Origin: Candidatus Poribacteria bacterium
Lineage (GTDB): Bacteria > Poribacteria > WGA-4E > PCPOR2b
DNA: 64,000 bases
Reading direction: 5' to 3'
Assembly: GCA_965215015.1 (NCBI GenBank)
Contig: OZ244042.1
Span: 224,001-288,000, forward strand
Below, piece after piece: positions 20,616 through 29,634 of this stretch. A program made the translations under genes and the position numbers. Below the pieces are notes generated by a model. That model worked only from the letters and a program-made list of their open reading frames with translations. It was not told the origin of the DNA and ran no database searches. Numbering within the stretch: the stretch's first letter is position 1; every line of letters begins with the position of its first letter.

Positions 20616-23459
20616 ATGAGAATCCAAAACGGTATTGCAATTGTCTGCTTCTTCCTCTCCGGTTTCGCGGGACTGGTCTACGAGGTGTCGTGGATACGCA
20701 AGGCTTCTCTTGCCTTCGGATCTACGACCTTTGCTGTTAGCACGGTATTAGCTGTCTTTTTTCTCGGATTGGCTTGTGGAAGTTACCTGTTTGGACGAAT
20801 TGGTCAAAGAACGTTGCAGCCGCTGCGGCTTTACGCGCTGATCGAAATCGGACTCGGATTGTTCGCTATAGTAAGTCCTTACCTCTTCAACTTTACGGAG
20901 AGTCTCTATGGACCAATCTATCGTGCACTTGGGGGGCATGTCGTTATTCTGTTTGTAGCACGTGGCGTGCTAGTTTCTCTGGTTATTCTCCCACCTACCA
21001 TCCTCATGGGTAGTACACTTCCCCTCTTTTGCTCTCAGTTTGTCCGTAGTGATGCAAGGGTTGCCAATTCTGTTGGGCTGCTTTACGGGGTGAACACCTT
21101 GGGAGCGGCGATAGGCTGTGCAGCAGCTGGGCTCTTATTGCTTCCGACCCTTGGGCTTCAGCTCACTGTTCAGCTTGGGGCTGCCCTGAATATCCTGTGC
21201 GGCATTGCTGTTGGGTTATTGCCCATCACCAAAAATCAACCCCCTCAACTGCATCGGGATTCAAAGCAATCTGAAGATCCCCACAAAATATGTACGGATC
21301 GATTTACTGCTACTCAAATCCCCATCGCTATTCTGTTTTTTTCTGTCGGCTTTGTCGCTCTTGGGAGTGAGGTGCTGTGGACGCGTTACCTACGACTGCT
21401 AACCCGTCAGAATAACGTCCACACCTACACCCTGACACTGACAGTGGTACTGGTCGGTATTGTTCTCGGTAGTTTTCTCGCTGCCCGCCTCTTTGATCGA
21501 TCCACGCTGCGAGCACGCTATTTTGGCCTATTCCAAATCCTTACAGGGATAGCGGTGCTGATTGTTATGACCCTTCCACATACCTTTTGGGCAAACGTCA
21601 AGAACGAGTTGGGGATGTATTTCAGCCTATTATTGCCGCCTGCTGTCCTTTCGGGCGCGTCATTTCCGCTTGCAGTACGAATGGTTGTCGAAGATGCCTC
21701 AAGGGCGAGTATCGGGACCGGGCGGATGGCAGCAATTAACACGCTGGGTGGAATCCTTGGCTCGCTGCTGGTTGGATTTGTAGGGCTACCTATTTTTGGA
21801 ATAAAGTTCAGCATCCTGTTTATTACAGGGGTCAGTTTATTAACTGGATTCGCTGCATGGTTCTGGATCGACAAAACCTTCTCACCCCTTTTTCGAGGAG
21901 GTGCCGTCGCGGGGGCGTTACTCATCTGGCTTTGTGTTCCTTTCGCTACAGGGACGCAGATTCCTGCCGACTTCCTCGCCGAAGGACGGCAATTGGTGGC
22001 TTTCCGCGAGGGGTTTGACGGGGATTTGGCTGTGATCCGGAGGGACGCGGAGTGGATTGAACTCGAAATTGACCGATGGTGGCAGGGAAGTAATCTGAAA
22101 AATCAGCAGGTGGTCGGCGCGCACATCCCAATGCTTTTACACCCAAAGCCCGAGAGCATTCTCGTTGTTGGTGCCGGTACGGGACAAACACCGAGCCGCT
22201 TTCTGATGTACGATATTGACAGGCTCGATTGCGTTGATATAGAACCGACACTGTTTGAGTTTATTCGCGGTCATTTTGACTCGAAATGGATGGATGACAA
22301 GCGGGTCAAACTGATTAGCGAGGATGGTCTCAATTACTTGAATCACAGCGATGTTATGTATGATGTGATTGCTATTGAGGTAGGCCAAATCTTTCGTCCC
22401 GGCATCGCCTTCTTCTACACGGCTGATTTCTACCACCGTTCCCGGCAACGACTCCGCCCCGGCGGCATTCTCACTCAACTGGTATCAATACCGTCGCTCA
22501 CAACCGACCAATTCCGGGGTGTAATCAAAACCTTCCTTGATGCCTTCCCACAGAGTTTTCTGTGGTATAATTCCTCCGATCTCCTCCTGATTGGCCTCAA
22601 CAACGCGGATTTCAAACTCAGCCATGCTGCCTTAGAACGTTTGGCATCCAATGAAGTCGTGCACCGGGACTTGCGCTATACTTTTTGGGGAGGTTCTCAA
22701 CACTGGCTCAACCGGCCCCCTGTCTTTCTCGGAGGGTATCTGGCGGGGCCCTCTGAGCTTGCTAATCTGGCATCGGAGGCTCGCCTTTACCGCGATGATT
22801 TACCGGTTCTCGACTACGCAACCAGCTTGGACTATATCACCCAAACAAATGAAATCCCGATTGTCAAAGACCATCTGCTCAAGCATATTGGCTCCCTTAA
22901 CGAGGTCATTGATTTTGCACTTTCTCCCGAAGAGATTTCAGTGATTGAGGAGGTTCGGATGAAAAATCTAGGGGCGATTATTGCAGAAGCCCTCCTCCGG
23001 CGGGTGGAGTTACTGATGCTTTCGAGGAACGATAGAGCAGACGAAACTATTACGTTACTTTCAGAAGCGGTGGATTGGAATCCTGACCATTTTGAAGCGA
23101 ATCGTATGCTCGCTGATGTGCTCATCGGGCAGGGGCGGAACAAAGCAGCAGGACGCCATTATGTGGAGGCTAACCGAATTCGCCCGGAAGACCCCCATGT
23201 GCTGCATGGCATCGCCCATACACTCTACCGTCTCAACAGAATTGAGGCAGCGATCCCATACTATCGCGCCTCGCTACGTTTACGACCCAATCATGCTGAG
23301 ACACACAATCACATCGGGCTTGCCTTGGCTAAGCGAGGGAACCTCGTCGAGGCACAGCAGCACTTCAAAACAGCTGTCCGATTGGACCCGGACTACGCCG
23401 AAGCCAAGCGTAACCTTGCTGGCGTGCGGAAAGTTTTGCAGTCAATGCCACAAAGATGA
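20616..23459 (+). CDS. Fused MFS-like/spermidine-synthase-like membrane protein with C-terminal TPRs
   Basis: SGFAGLVYEV, ~12 TM helices, LVVGAGTG SAM motif, TPR repeats. Confidence 0.9.
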   Translation: MRIQNGIAIVCFFLSGFAGLVYEVSWIRKASLAFGSTTFAVSTVLAVFFLGLACGSYLFGRIGQRTLQPLRLYALIEIGLGLFAIVSPYLFNFTESLYGPIYRALGGHVVILFVARGVLVSLVILPPTILMGSTLPLFCSQFVRSDARVANSVGLLYGVNTLGAAIGCAAAGLLLLPTLGLQLTVQLGAALNILCGIAVGLLPITKNQPPQLHRDSKQSEDPHKICTDRFTATQIPIAILFFSVGFVALGSEVLWTRYLRLLTRQNNVHTYTLTLTVVLVGIVLGSFLAARLFDRSTLRARYFGLFQILTGIAVLIVMTLPHTFWANVKNELGMYFSLLLPPAVLSGASFPLAVRMVVEDASRASIGTGRMAAINTLGGILGSLLVGFVGLPIFGIKFSILFITGVSLLTGFAAWFWIDKTFSPLFRGGAVAGALLIWLCVPFATGTQIPADFLAEGRQLVAFREGFDGDLAVIRRDAEWIELEIDRWWQGSNLKNQQVVGAHIPMLLHPKPESILVVGAGTGQTPSRFLMYDIDRLDCVDIEPTLFEFIRGHFDSKWMDDKRVKLISEDGLNYLNHSDVMYDVIAIEVGQIFRPGIAFFYTADFYHRSRQRLRPGGILTQLVSIPSLTTDQFRGVIKTFLDAFPQSFLWYNSSDLLLIGLNNADFKLSHAALERLASNEVVHRDLRYTFWGGSQHWLNRPPVFLGGYLAGPSELANLASEARLYRDDLPVLDYATSLDYITQTNEIPIVKDHLLKHIGSLNEVIDFALSPEEISVIEEVRMKNLGAIIAEALLRRVELLMLSRNDRADETITLLSEAVDWNPDHFEANRMLADVLIGQGRNKAAGRHYVEANRIRPEDPHVLHGIAHTLYRLNRIEAAIPYYRASLRLRPNHAETHNHIGLALAKRGNLVEAQQHFKTAVRLDPDYAEAKRNLAGVRKVLQSMPQR

Positions 23460-23512
23460 GCGCAGCAATTGCCCGATGCTCCTGTTAACAAAATTGAATT
23501 GAAAAATCATTG

Positions 23513-23541
23513 TTGACCTGAAGCTAAAAACATGATACAAT
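23513..23541 (+). promoter_or_regulatory. sigma70-type promoter
   Basis: TTGACC-17nt-TACAAT with extended TG. Confidence 0.7.
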
Positions 23542-23561
23542 AAATACGCAAGCTAGGGAGT

Positions 23562-23590
23562 TGTCCGATAAGAACAATTATCGGATATTA
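23562..23590 (+). repeat. 29-bp dyad site, copy 1 (dif-like or operator)
   Basis: TGTCCGATAA-GAACAA-TTATCGGATATTA; exact reverse complement at 27663-27691. Confidence 0.85.
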
Positions 23591-23640
23591 GAGTCCGAAA
23601 GTTAATTGAAAGGAGTTTCAATCTGAAAGGAGTGCTATCA

Positions 23641-25284
23641 ATGAAAGTTTTGCAAGTAACTTTCGCCTGTTTTATTCTAGTGGTTGGACAGATTGCACTG
23701 GGTTATGCCGCGCCCGACGTTGAGGGAGTAGTTGTTCCTAGACCAATGGGAGGCGACACCAATTGGGGGCATTCTGTTGACATCAGTGGGACGACCCTCA
23801 TCGCTGGGTATACCTCGTATGTAGGTAATAACGGCGGTGTCTTTATCCTCGAACAAAAGGGGAAGAAATGGGATCTTATAGTTCAATTTAAAACCCCCGA
23901 TGGGAACACGAGAGATCAGTACGGACATGCGGTCGCTATTGAAGAAGATTACGCTGTCGTGAGTGCCTATGAACATGGTGGGAAAAAACCCGTTGCAGGG
24001 GGGCCTTTGGGCGAGGGGCCGGGGTTGGTGTATGTCTACCAACGTGAAGCCAAAGGATTTGGGGAAATGGCAAAATTGAAGGGCGAGGGCATCCAAAACA
24101 ATGACCGATTCGGATATGCCGTTGATATCAGCGGGACAACCCTCATCGCCGGAACCCCTTTTCATGACGAGGAGAAAGGGGCCGTCTATGTTTACAAACT
24201 TGATGGAGGCCAATGGAAACACCAAGCTAAGCTCCAAGCGGACGACGCGGGCGTAAAGAACCGGTTCGGTTGGGATTGCGCGATTCATGAAAACACGATA
24301 GTTGTTGGCGCACCGCTGGCAGCTGCGCCTGCAAGGCTCTCCGGTGCGGTGTATGTCTTTAAGCGGCAGGGAGATGCTTGGGCACAGGTGGCGAAGATTA
24401 CCCCCGAGGACGGGGACGGGGGTGATAGTTTCGGCGTTTCTGTTGACGTGAGCAAGAGTCGTATTATTGTCGGGGCAAATAAAGATGAGAACGAAGTAAA
24501 AAAACGGGGCTCTGGCTCCGCCTATGTCTTTAAAGGTGTCGGGAATGTCTATACACAGGAGGCGAAGTTGACCGCAGACGAGCCTCAGGAAGGTGCCGGC
24601 TTTGGGCTTTCGGTTGCGTTGGATGTGAACCGGGCACTCGTCGGGGCGCCCTCTACTGATACCAAAAGAGGCGATGACTCCGGTGCTGCTTATGCCTTTC
24701 TGAAGGTCGGTGACGACTGGGTGTTGCAGGCGAGAGTCATACCTGAGAAAGGACCGGGGGAGGGGCAGGGCCTAACCAGCGGCGACAATATGGGCAGTGC
24801 TGTCGCACTTGACGGAGCATTCGGACGAAATTTTAACTTGGCTGCTGTTGGTGTTCAATGGGACGCTCAGGATGGAGGAGATGATGCGGGTTCGGTATAT
24901 ATCTTTGACACCGAAGATGTCGAAGGTCTGAACATACCGTTATCGGTCGAGCCGCGCAGCGACTTGGCATTGACAACGTTCGGAGATATCAAACGGACAG
25001 CGTTGCTTCAAAACTTCCCCAATCCATTTAACCCCGAGACGTGGATACCTTATACCCTCGCTGATGGTGCGGATGTGAACATTCGTATCTACGATGTTGA
25101 AGGCAAGCTAGTTCGTCGCTTGGATATTGGGCACCAGCGGGCAGGAAGGTATCTCAGCAGAGAAACGGCTGCCTATTGGGACGGTACGGACCAATTGGGT
25201 GAGTCGGTGTCGAGTGGTATCTATTTCTATACACTAAAGACGGATGGGTTTTCAGATACCCGTCGTATGGTTATCCTGAAATAG
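23641..25284 (+). CDS. Secreted FG-GAP repeat protein with T9SS/FlgD-type C-terminal domain (paralog 1)
   Basis: FG.SV.I....VGA...G.VYVF repeats; signal peptide; LLQNFPNPFNPETWIP; RBS AAAGGAG before ATG 23641. Confidence 0.92.
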   Translation: MKVLQVTFACFILVVGQIALGYAAPDVEGVVVPRPMGGDTNWGHSVDISGTTLIAGYTSYVGNNGGVFILEQKGKKWDLIVQFKTPDGNTRDQYGHAVAIEEDYAVVSAYEHGGKKPVAGGPLGEGPGLVYVYQREAKGFGEMAKLKGEGIQNNDRFGYAVDISGTTLIAGTPFHDEEKGAVYVYKLDGGQWKHQAKLQADDAGVKNRFGWDCAIHENTIVVGAPLAAAPARLSGAVYVFKRQGDAWAQVAKITPEDGDGGDSFGVSVDVSKSRIIVGANKDENEVKKRGSGSAYVFKGVGNVYTQEAKLTADEPQEGAGFGLSVALDVNRALVGAPSTDTKRGDDSGAAYAFLKVGDDWVLQARVIPEKGPGEGQGLTSGDNMGSAVALDGAFGRNFNLAAVGVQWDAQDGGDDAGSVYIFDTEDVEGLNIPLSVEPRSDLALTTFGDIKRTALLQNFPNPFNPETWIPYTLADGADVNIRIYDVEGKLVRRLDIGHQRAGRYLSRETAAYWDGTDQLGESVSSGIYFYTLKTDGFSDTRRMVILK

Positions 25285-25353
25285 TTTCCCTTGAAACATA
25301 TCAAGCATTCCACCTGTACTACGAGGTTTGATTCTGATTGAAATCTCCTAAAT

Positions 25354-25407
25354 AGTGAAACCCAACATTCGACAATCCGCGTGTGGGTTAGAGTGTTGGG
25401 TTTCACT
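25354..25407. repeat. Inverted repeat (REP-like hairpin) between FG-GAP paralogs
   Basis: Perfect 14-bp arms AGTGAAACCCAACA / TGTTGGGTTTCACT. Confidence 0.7.
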
Positions 25408-25602
25408 CTATCTACATAACGGTATTGTTAACAAGCAGCACCCCGGTTCACCTTGATAGAGATTTGTTTTAACTGTTCAGCCTTCTCTATACCATTAATC
25501 AGTTTTGATATAGTAGCGTGACCTGTGGTTGAGATTTACATCTCGACGCAGCGAATTAACCGTTGATTGAGGAAACGGGCCATCCTGAAAGGAGCGTTAT
25601 CA

Positions 25603-27240
25603 ATGAAAACTTTGCAAGTAACTTTCGCCTGTCTTATTCTAGTGGTTGGACAGGTCGCACTAGGCTATGCCGCGCCCGACGTTGAGGGAGTGGTTATTCC
25701 TAGACCCGATGGGGGAAACACCAATTGGGGACATTCGGTTGACATCAGTGGGACGACTCTCATCGCTGGTTACACCTCGTATGTGGGTGACCACGGCGGT
25801 GTCTTTATCATGGAGGAAAAGGGAAAGAAGAAGTGGGATATTTTAGAGCACTTTAAGACACCCGATGGGAACACGAGAGATCAATATGGGCACGCTGTCG
25901 CTCTTGACGGTGACATTGCGGTCATCAGTGCCTATGAACATGGCGGAAAAAAACCTACCGCAGGCGGGAAGTTGGGAGGTGGACCGGGAATAGTGTATGT
26001 CCTCCGGCGTGAAGTCAAAGGGTTTGGGGAAATGGCAAAATTGAAGGGTGAGGGCATCCAAAACAATGACCGGTTCGGATATGCCGTTGACATCAGTGGT
26101 AACACCCTCATCGCCGGAACCCCTTTTCATGACGAGGAGAAAGGTGCCGTCTATGTTTACACGCTGGACGGTGGTCAATGGAGACAGCAAGCTAAACTCC
26201 AAGCGGACGACGCGGACGTAAAGAACCGGTTCGGTTGGGATTGCGCGGTTAATGAAAACACGATAGTTGTTGGCGCACCCCTGGCAGCTGCACCTGCGAG
26301 ACTCTCCGGTGCAGCGTATGTCTTTAAGCGGCAGGGAGATGCTTGGGCACAGGTGGCGAAGATTACCCCCGAGGACGGGGACGGGGGTGATAGTTTCGGC
26401 GTTTCTGTTGCTGTTAGTAAAAGTCGCATGATTGTTGGGGCAAACAAAGACGAGAACGAAGTGAAGAAGCGGGGCTCTGGCTCCGCCTATGTTTTTAAAG
26501 GTGTCGGGAATGTCTATACACAGGAGGCGAAGTTGACCGCAGACGAGCCTCAGGAAGGTGCCGGTTTTGGACTGACAGTTGCGCTGGATGTGAACCGTGC
26601 ACTTGTCGGTGCGCCTTCTGCCGACACAAAGCGTGGGGACGATTCAGGTGCTGTTTATGCCTTTCTGAAGGTCGGGGCCGACTGGGTGTTGCAAGCGAGA
26701 GTCATACCTGAGAAAGGAGGCGATGAAGGTAAGGGGCTAACTAGTGGCGACAACATGGGCAGTGCCGTTGCACTTGACGGAGCATTCGGACGCAACTTTA
26801 ACTTGGCTGCCATGGGAGTCCAATGGGACGGCGATGGCGATGCAGGTTCGGTATATGTCTTTGACACTGAAAATATCGAAGGTCTGAACATACCGTTATC
26901 GGTCGAGCCGCGCAGCGACTTGGCATTGACAACGTTCGGAGATATCAAACGGACAGCGTTGCTTCAAAACTTTCCCAATCCATTTAACCCCGAGACGTGG
27001 ATACCTTACACCCTTGCTGATGGGGCGGATGTGAACATTCGTATCTACGATGTTGAAGGCAAGCTAGTTCGTCGTTTGGACATCGGGCACCAGCGGGCAG
27101 GAAGGTACCTCAGCAGAGAAACGGCTGCCTATTGGGACGGTACGGACCAATTGGGTGAGTCGGTGTCGAGTGGTATCTATTTCTATACACTGAAAGCGGA
27201 TGGGTTTTCAGATACCCGTCGTATGGTTATCCTGAAATAG
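25603..27240 (+). CDS. Secreted FG-GAP repeat protein (paralog 2, tandem duplicate)
   Basis: Collinear with and highly similar to 23641-25284; same RBS context. Confidence 0.92.
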   Translation: MKTLQVTFACLILVVGQVALGYAAPDVEGVVIPRPDGGNTNWGHSVDISGTTLIAGYTSYVGDHGGVFIMEEKGKKKWDILEHFKTPDGNTRDQYGHAVALDGDIAVISAYEHGGKKPTAGGKLGGGPGIVYVLRREVKGFGEMAKLKGEGIQNNDRFGYAVDISGNTLIAGTPFHDEEKGAVYVYTLDGGQWRQQAKLQADDADVKNRFGWDCAVNENTIVVGAPLAAAPARLSGAAYVFKRQGDAWAQVAKITPEDGDGGDSFGVSVAVSKSRMIVGANKDENEVKKRGSGSAYVFKGVGNVYTQEAKLTADEPQEGAGFGLTVALDVNRALVGAPSADTKRGDDSGAVYAFLKVGADWVLQARVIPEKGGDEGKGLTSGDNMGSAVALDGAFGRNFNLAAMGVQWDGDGDAGSVYVFDTENIEGLNIPLSVEPRSDLALTTFGDIKRTALLQNFPNPFNPETWIPYTLADGADVNIRIYDVEGKLVRRLDIGHQRAGRYLSRETAAYWDGTDQLGESVSSGIYFYTLKADGFSDTRRMVILK

Positions 27241-27252
27241 TTTCCCTTATTC

Positions 27253-27280
27253 GTGGGTGGGAGCATCTGCTCCCACCCAC
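27253..27280. repeat. Perfect GC-rich hairpin after FG-GAP paralog 2 (REP-like or terminator)
   Basis: GTGGGTGGGAGCA-TC-TGCTCCCACCCAC. Confidence 0.7.
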
Positions 27281-27389
27281 ATCCAGAAGCGGAACGCTAA
27301 CAGGCATTTTCAAACCAGAAGGAAGATTGTTAGGGGAAGCTCTAACAATCCCACAAATCCCAGCAGTGGCTTTCGCCTCACCACAGTTG

Positions 27390-27534
27390 TCCTACCGGGG
27401 TAATGGGTAGGGTGTTGTCCATTGGAGGAGACACTGTCAGACGGGTTTCGGATCGCAAGTGTTGTTGATACCACAATTCGACTCTTATAGGAATGGGTGA
27501 GAATCCCAATCCTTTAGAGGTGGGAATACGTCAA
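27390..27534 (+). mobile_element. IS200/IS605-family right-end remnant (tnpB 3'/omegaRNA-like), no transposase
   Basis: Ends GAATCCCAATCCTTTAGAGGTGGGAATACGTCAA (subterminal hairpin + TCAA); upstream GGAG..ACTGTCAGAC..TTCG hairpin..GTTGA resembles tnpB 3' ends; left limit approximate. Confidence 0.6.
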
Positions 27535-27587
27535 CAAGTTATGAGTGGGAGCGGATTGCTATATTTAGAATTCGTTTCTTAAAAGCA

Positions 27588-27616
27588 TTGCCTTTTATTT
27601 TTATTTATGATATAAT
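27588..27616 (+). promoter_or_regulatory. sigma70-type promoter
   Basis: TTGCCT-17nt-TATAAT with extended TG. Confidence 0.7.
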
Positions 27617-27662
27617 TTTTGGTCTCTCACTAGTGATAGATTCGAGACATATTTTAGGGAAA

Positions 27663-27691
27663 TAATATCCGATAATTGTTCTTATCGGACA
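27663..27691 (-). repeat. 29-bp dyad site, copy 2 (inverted relative to copy 1)
   Basis: TAATATCCGATAA-TTGTTC-TTATCGGACA. Confidence 0.85.
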
Positions 27692-27803
27692 TTATTCCTC
27701 TATCTTACATGATGATGGATTCCCATCATCATAGCTTTAAAGTCGATTGGATTTCAAATTTCGACTCTAGAATTTTATTAACCTCAATAAGGGAGGAATT
27801 AAA

Positions 27804-28622
27804 TTGAAACGCCTACTATTTGTTACGCTCGCAATAACTTTCCTCGCAGGTAGTTACGCAACTGCTCAGATGGCAGTGTTTATTGATGGCGCTGACTTTG
27901 AGAGTTATGTATCAGCACCGCATGATCCATGTTTCTTCGACGAGGACCTCTGTTGTCCATTCACCTTTGAAGCATGGTTCAAACCCTTTGACTCCCAAGG
28001 GGAGCGAATGATTCTTAACAAAGAGGATCATTGGGAATCTGCTAACAAAGACGGTCTTTTCCAAGCTGCTATTGCGGGTGCCAACGACCAAGGTAAAAAT
28101 AACGGCTGGGCTTGGAATAGCAGTGGCCTCGGTGTCGGGGTCAATGTTTGGAACCACGGTGCAGTTATCTGGGATCCGCCGAAAGTCTTGATGTATCTCA
28201 ATGGCAAAGAAGGAGATGTGGGAGAGCACGCTGGTAAACAGCTAGCCTGGGCGCATGAAGATACCTTCAAGATGGGAAGGCGTGAGCGCGGTGGTGCGAC
28301 CCATTCTATCTACCACGGACTGATCGATGAGGTTCGTATATCAAAAGGTGCCCGCTACAAGGGCGACTACGATGTACCTGAAACCGAGTGGGTGCCAGAT
28401 GCAGATACAAGGGCACTCTACCATCTCAACGAGGTTGAAGGTGCAGCGACGATTGTCAATTTTGCCAAAGAGGGTGGCCACCCCCAACCGTGTCCGGATG
28501 CTGTTCTTGAAGGGGCGGTTGAGTTGTGGGACGTTGATGACCAACCTTTTGAACCGTTCGCTGTTGAACCCGGTGGTAAGATGGCAACAACGTGGGCACA
28601 TGTTAAAAAACGTGTAGAGTAA
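27804..28622 (+). CDS. Secreted LamG-like jelly-roll protein
   Basis: Signal peptide, FTFEAWFK, WNH.A..W, GLIDEVRIS, C-terminal AVEPGGKMATTWAHVK; TTG start with GGAGG RBS. Confidence 0.88.
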   Translation: MKRLLFVTLAITFLAGSYATAQMAVFIDGADFESYVSAPHDPCFFDEDLCCPFTFEAWFKPFDSQGERMILNKEDHWESANKDGLFQAAIAGANDQGKNNGWAWNSSGLGVGVNVWNHGAVIWDPPKVLMYLNGKEGDVGEHAGKQLAWAHEDTFKMGRRERGGATHSIYHGLIDEVRISKGARYKGDYDVPETEWVPDADTRALYHLNEVEGAATIVNFAKEGGHPQPCPDAVLEGAVELWDVDDQPFEPFAVEPGGKMATTWAHVKKRVE

Positions 28623-28661
28623 AAAAGTCTGATGTGTGTATCGCACATCTTCAATAATTTT

Positions 28662-28698
28662 AAGAGGGGCGCAGCTGAAAATGCTCGCCCCTTTTTTT
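28662..28698 (+). terminator. Intrinsic terminator
   Basis: AGGGGCG...CGCCCCT stem followed by T run. Confidence 0.75.
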
Positions 28699-28762
28699 AT
28701 GGGTTGCATCTAGCGGCACGATTTGGTAACATGATATTGTAAGGAGCGTAGGAAATTAGCTA

Positions 28763-29629
28763 ATGAGCCATTTCACCGTACTGGCAATTACACTCTTGCT
28801 TTTCACCGTTGCTGCTGTCTCCGCATCCGATCCCGTCCTTGACTTCGGTGATCATCTGTTCGCACTGAAAAGCTATGAGGCGGCAATTACGGAATATAAG
28901 CGGTTTCTATTTTTTAATGCCGACCATCCACGGGCAAGTGAGGCGCAGTTCAAAATTGGCTTGGCGTACCGTGCACAGGAATGGTGGGCGGAAGCGGCTG
29001 AAGCGATGATTGGAGCTGTCCAATCGACAATGGAAACCGAACTGCGATCGGAAAGGGGGGTTGAACTCGCTGTAACGCTGATTGCTAGCGGTGCCTATAA
29101 CCTTGCCCTGGTCGAACTCATCAAGGTTGAGATGCAGAGCCTGTCGCCACAATTGCGGCAGCGCGCCCGTTTTTTGCGGGGAGTTGCTTACCTGTACCAG
29201 TTTAAGTGGAAACAGACGCGATCGGTGTTTCAGGCGTATTTCGATGGAATTCCCGGCGCAGCGGGGGCTGCCGCCGAGATTGATACGCTGTTTTTGGCTG
29301 CTATCAATCGTCCTCGGAAATCGGAGAGGACAGCGCGGCTACTTTCTACCTTGCTGCCGGGTTTGGGACAGGCTTACGCTGAAGACTGGAAAAGCGGATT
29401 GAATGCCCTGCTTCTTAATGGAGTGCTCGGTTACCTGACCCTCGACGCTGCAATCGAGCGGGACTACGACGATGCACTGCTTTCGTTTTCTTTTCTCTTT
29501 TACCGCTACTATGCGGGGAATCGCTATCGCGCAGCGCAAGCAGCACAGGCGTTCAACGAACGGGAAAATCGTTGGTACGTTGATAGGATTTTGCAAGCCT
29601 TAGAAACGCAATTTACGACAGGTAAGTAA
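28763..29629 (+). CDS. Exported TPR-repeat protein
   Basis: Signal peptide, YEAAITEYKRF, AQFKIGLAY, LS.LLPGLGQAY motif. Confidence 0.8.
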   Translation: MSHFTVLAITLLLFTVAAVSASDPVLDFGDHLFALKSYEAAITEYKRFLFFNADHPRASEAQFKIGLAYRAQEWWAEAAEAMIGAVQSTMETELRSERGVELAVTLIASGAYNLALVELIKVEMQSLSPQLRQRARFLRGVAYLYQFKWKQTRSVFQAYFDGIPGAAGAAAEIDTLFLAAINRPRKSERTARLLSTLLPGLGQAYAEDWKSGLNALLLNGVLGYLTLDAAIERDYDDALLSFSFLFYRYYAGNRYRAAQAAQAFNERENRWYVDRILQALETQFTTGK

Positions 29630-29634
29630 GGGGA

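Noticed and set aside
23641-27240. Diversity-generating retroelement TR/VR pair
   Set aside because: Differences between paralogs are not adenine-restricted and no reverse transcriptase is present.
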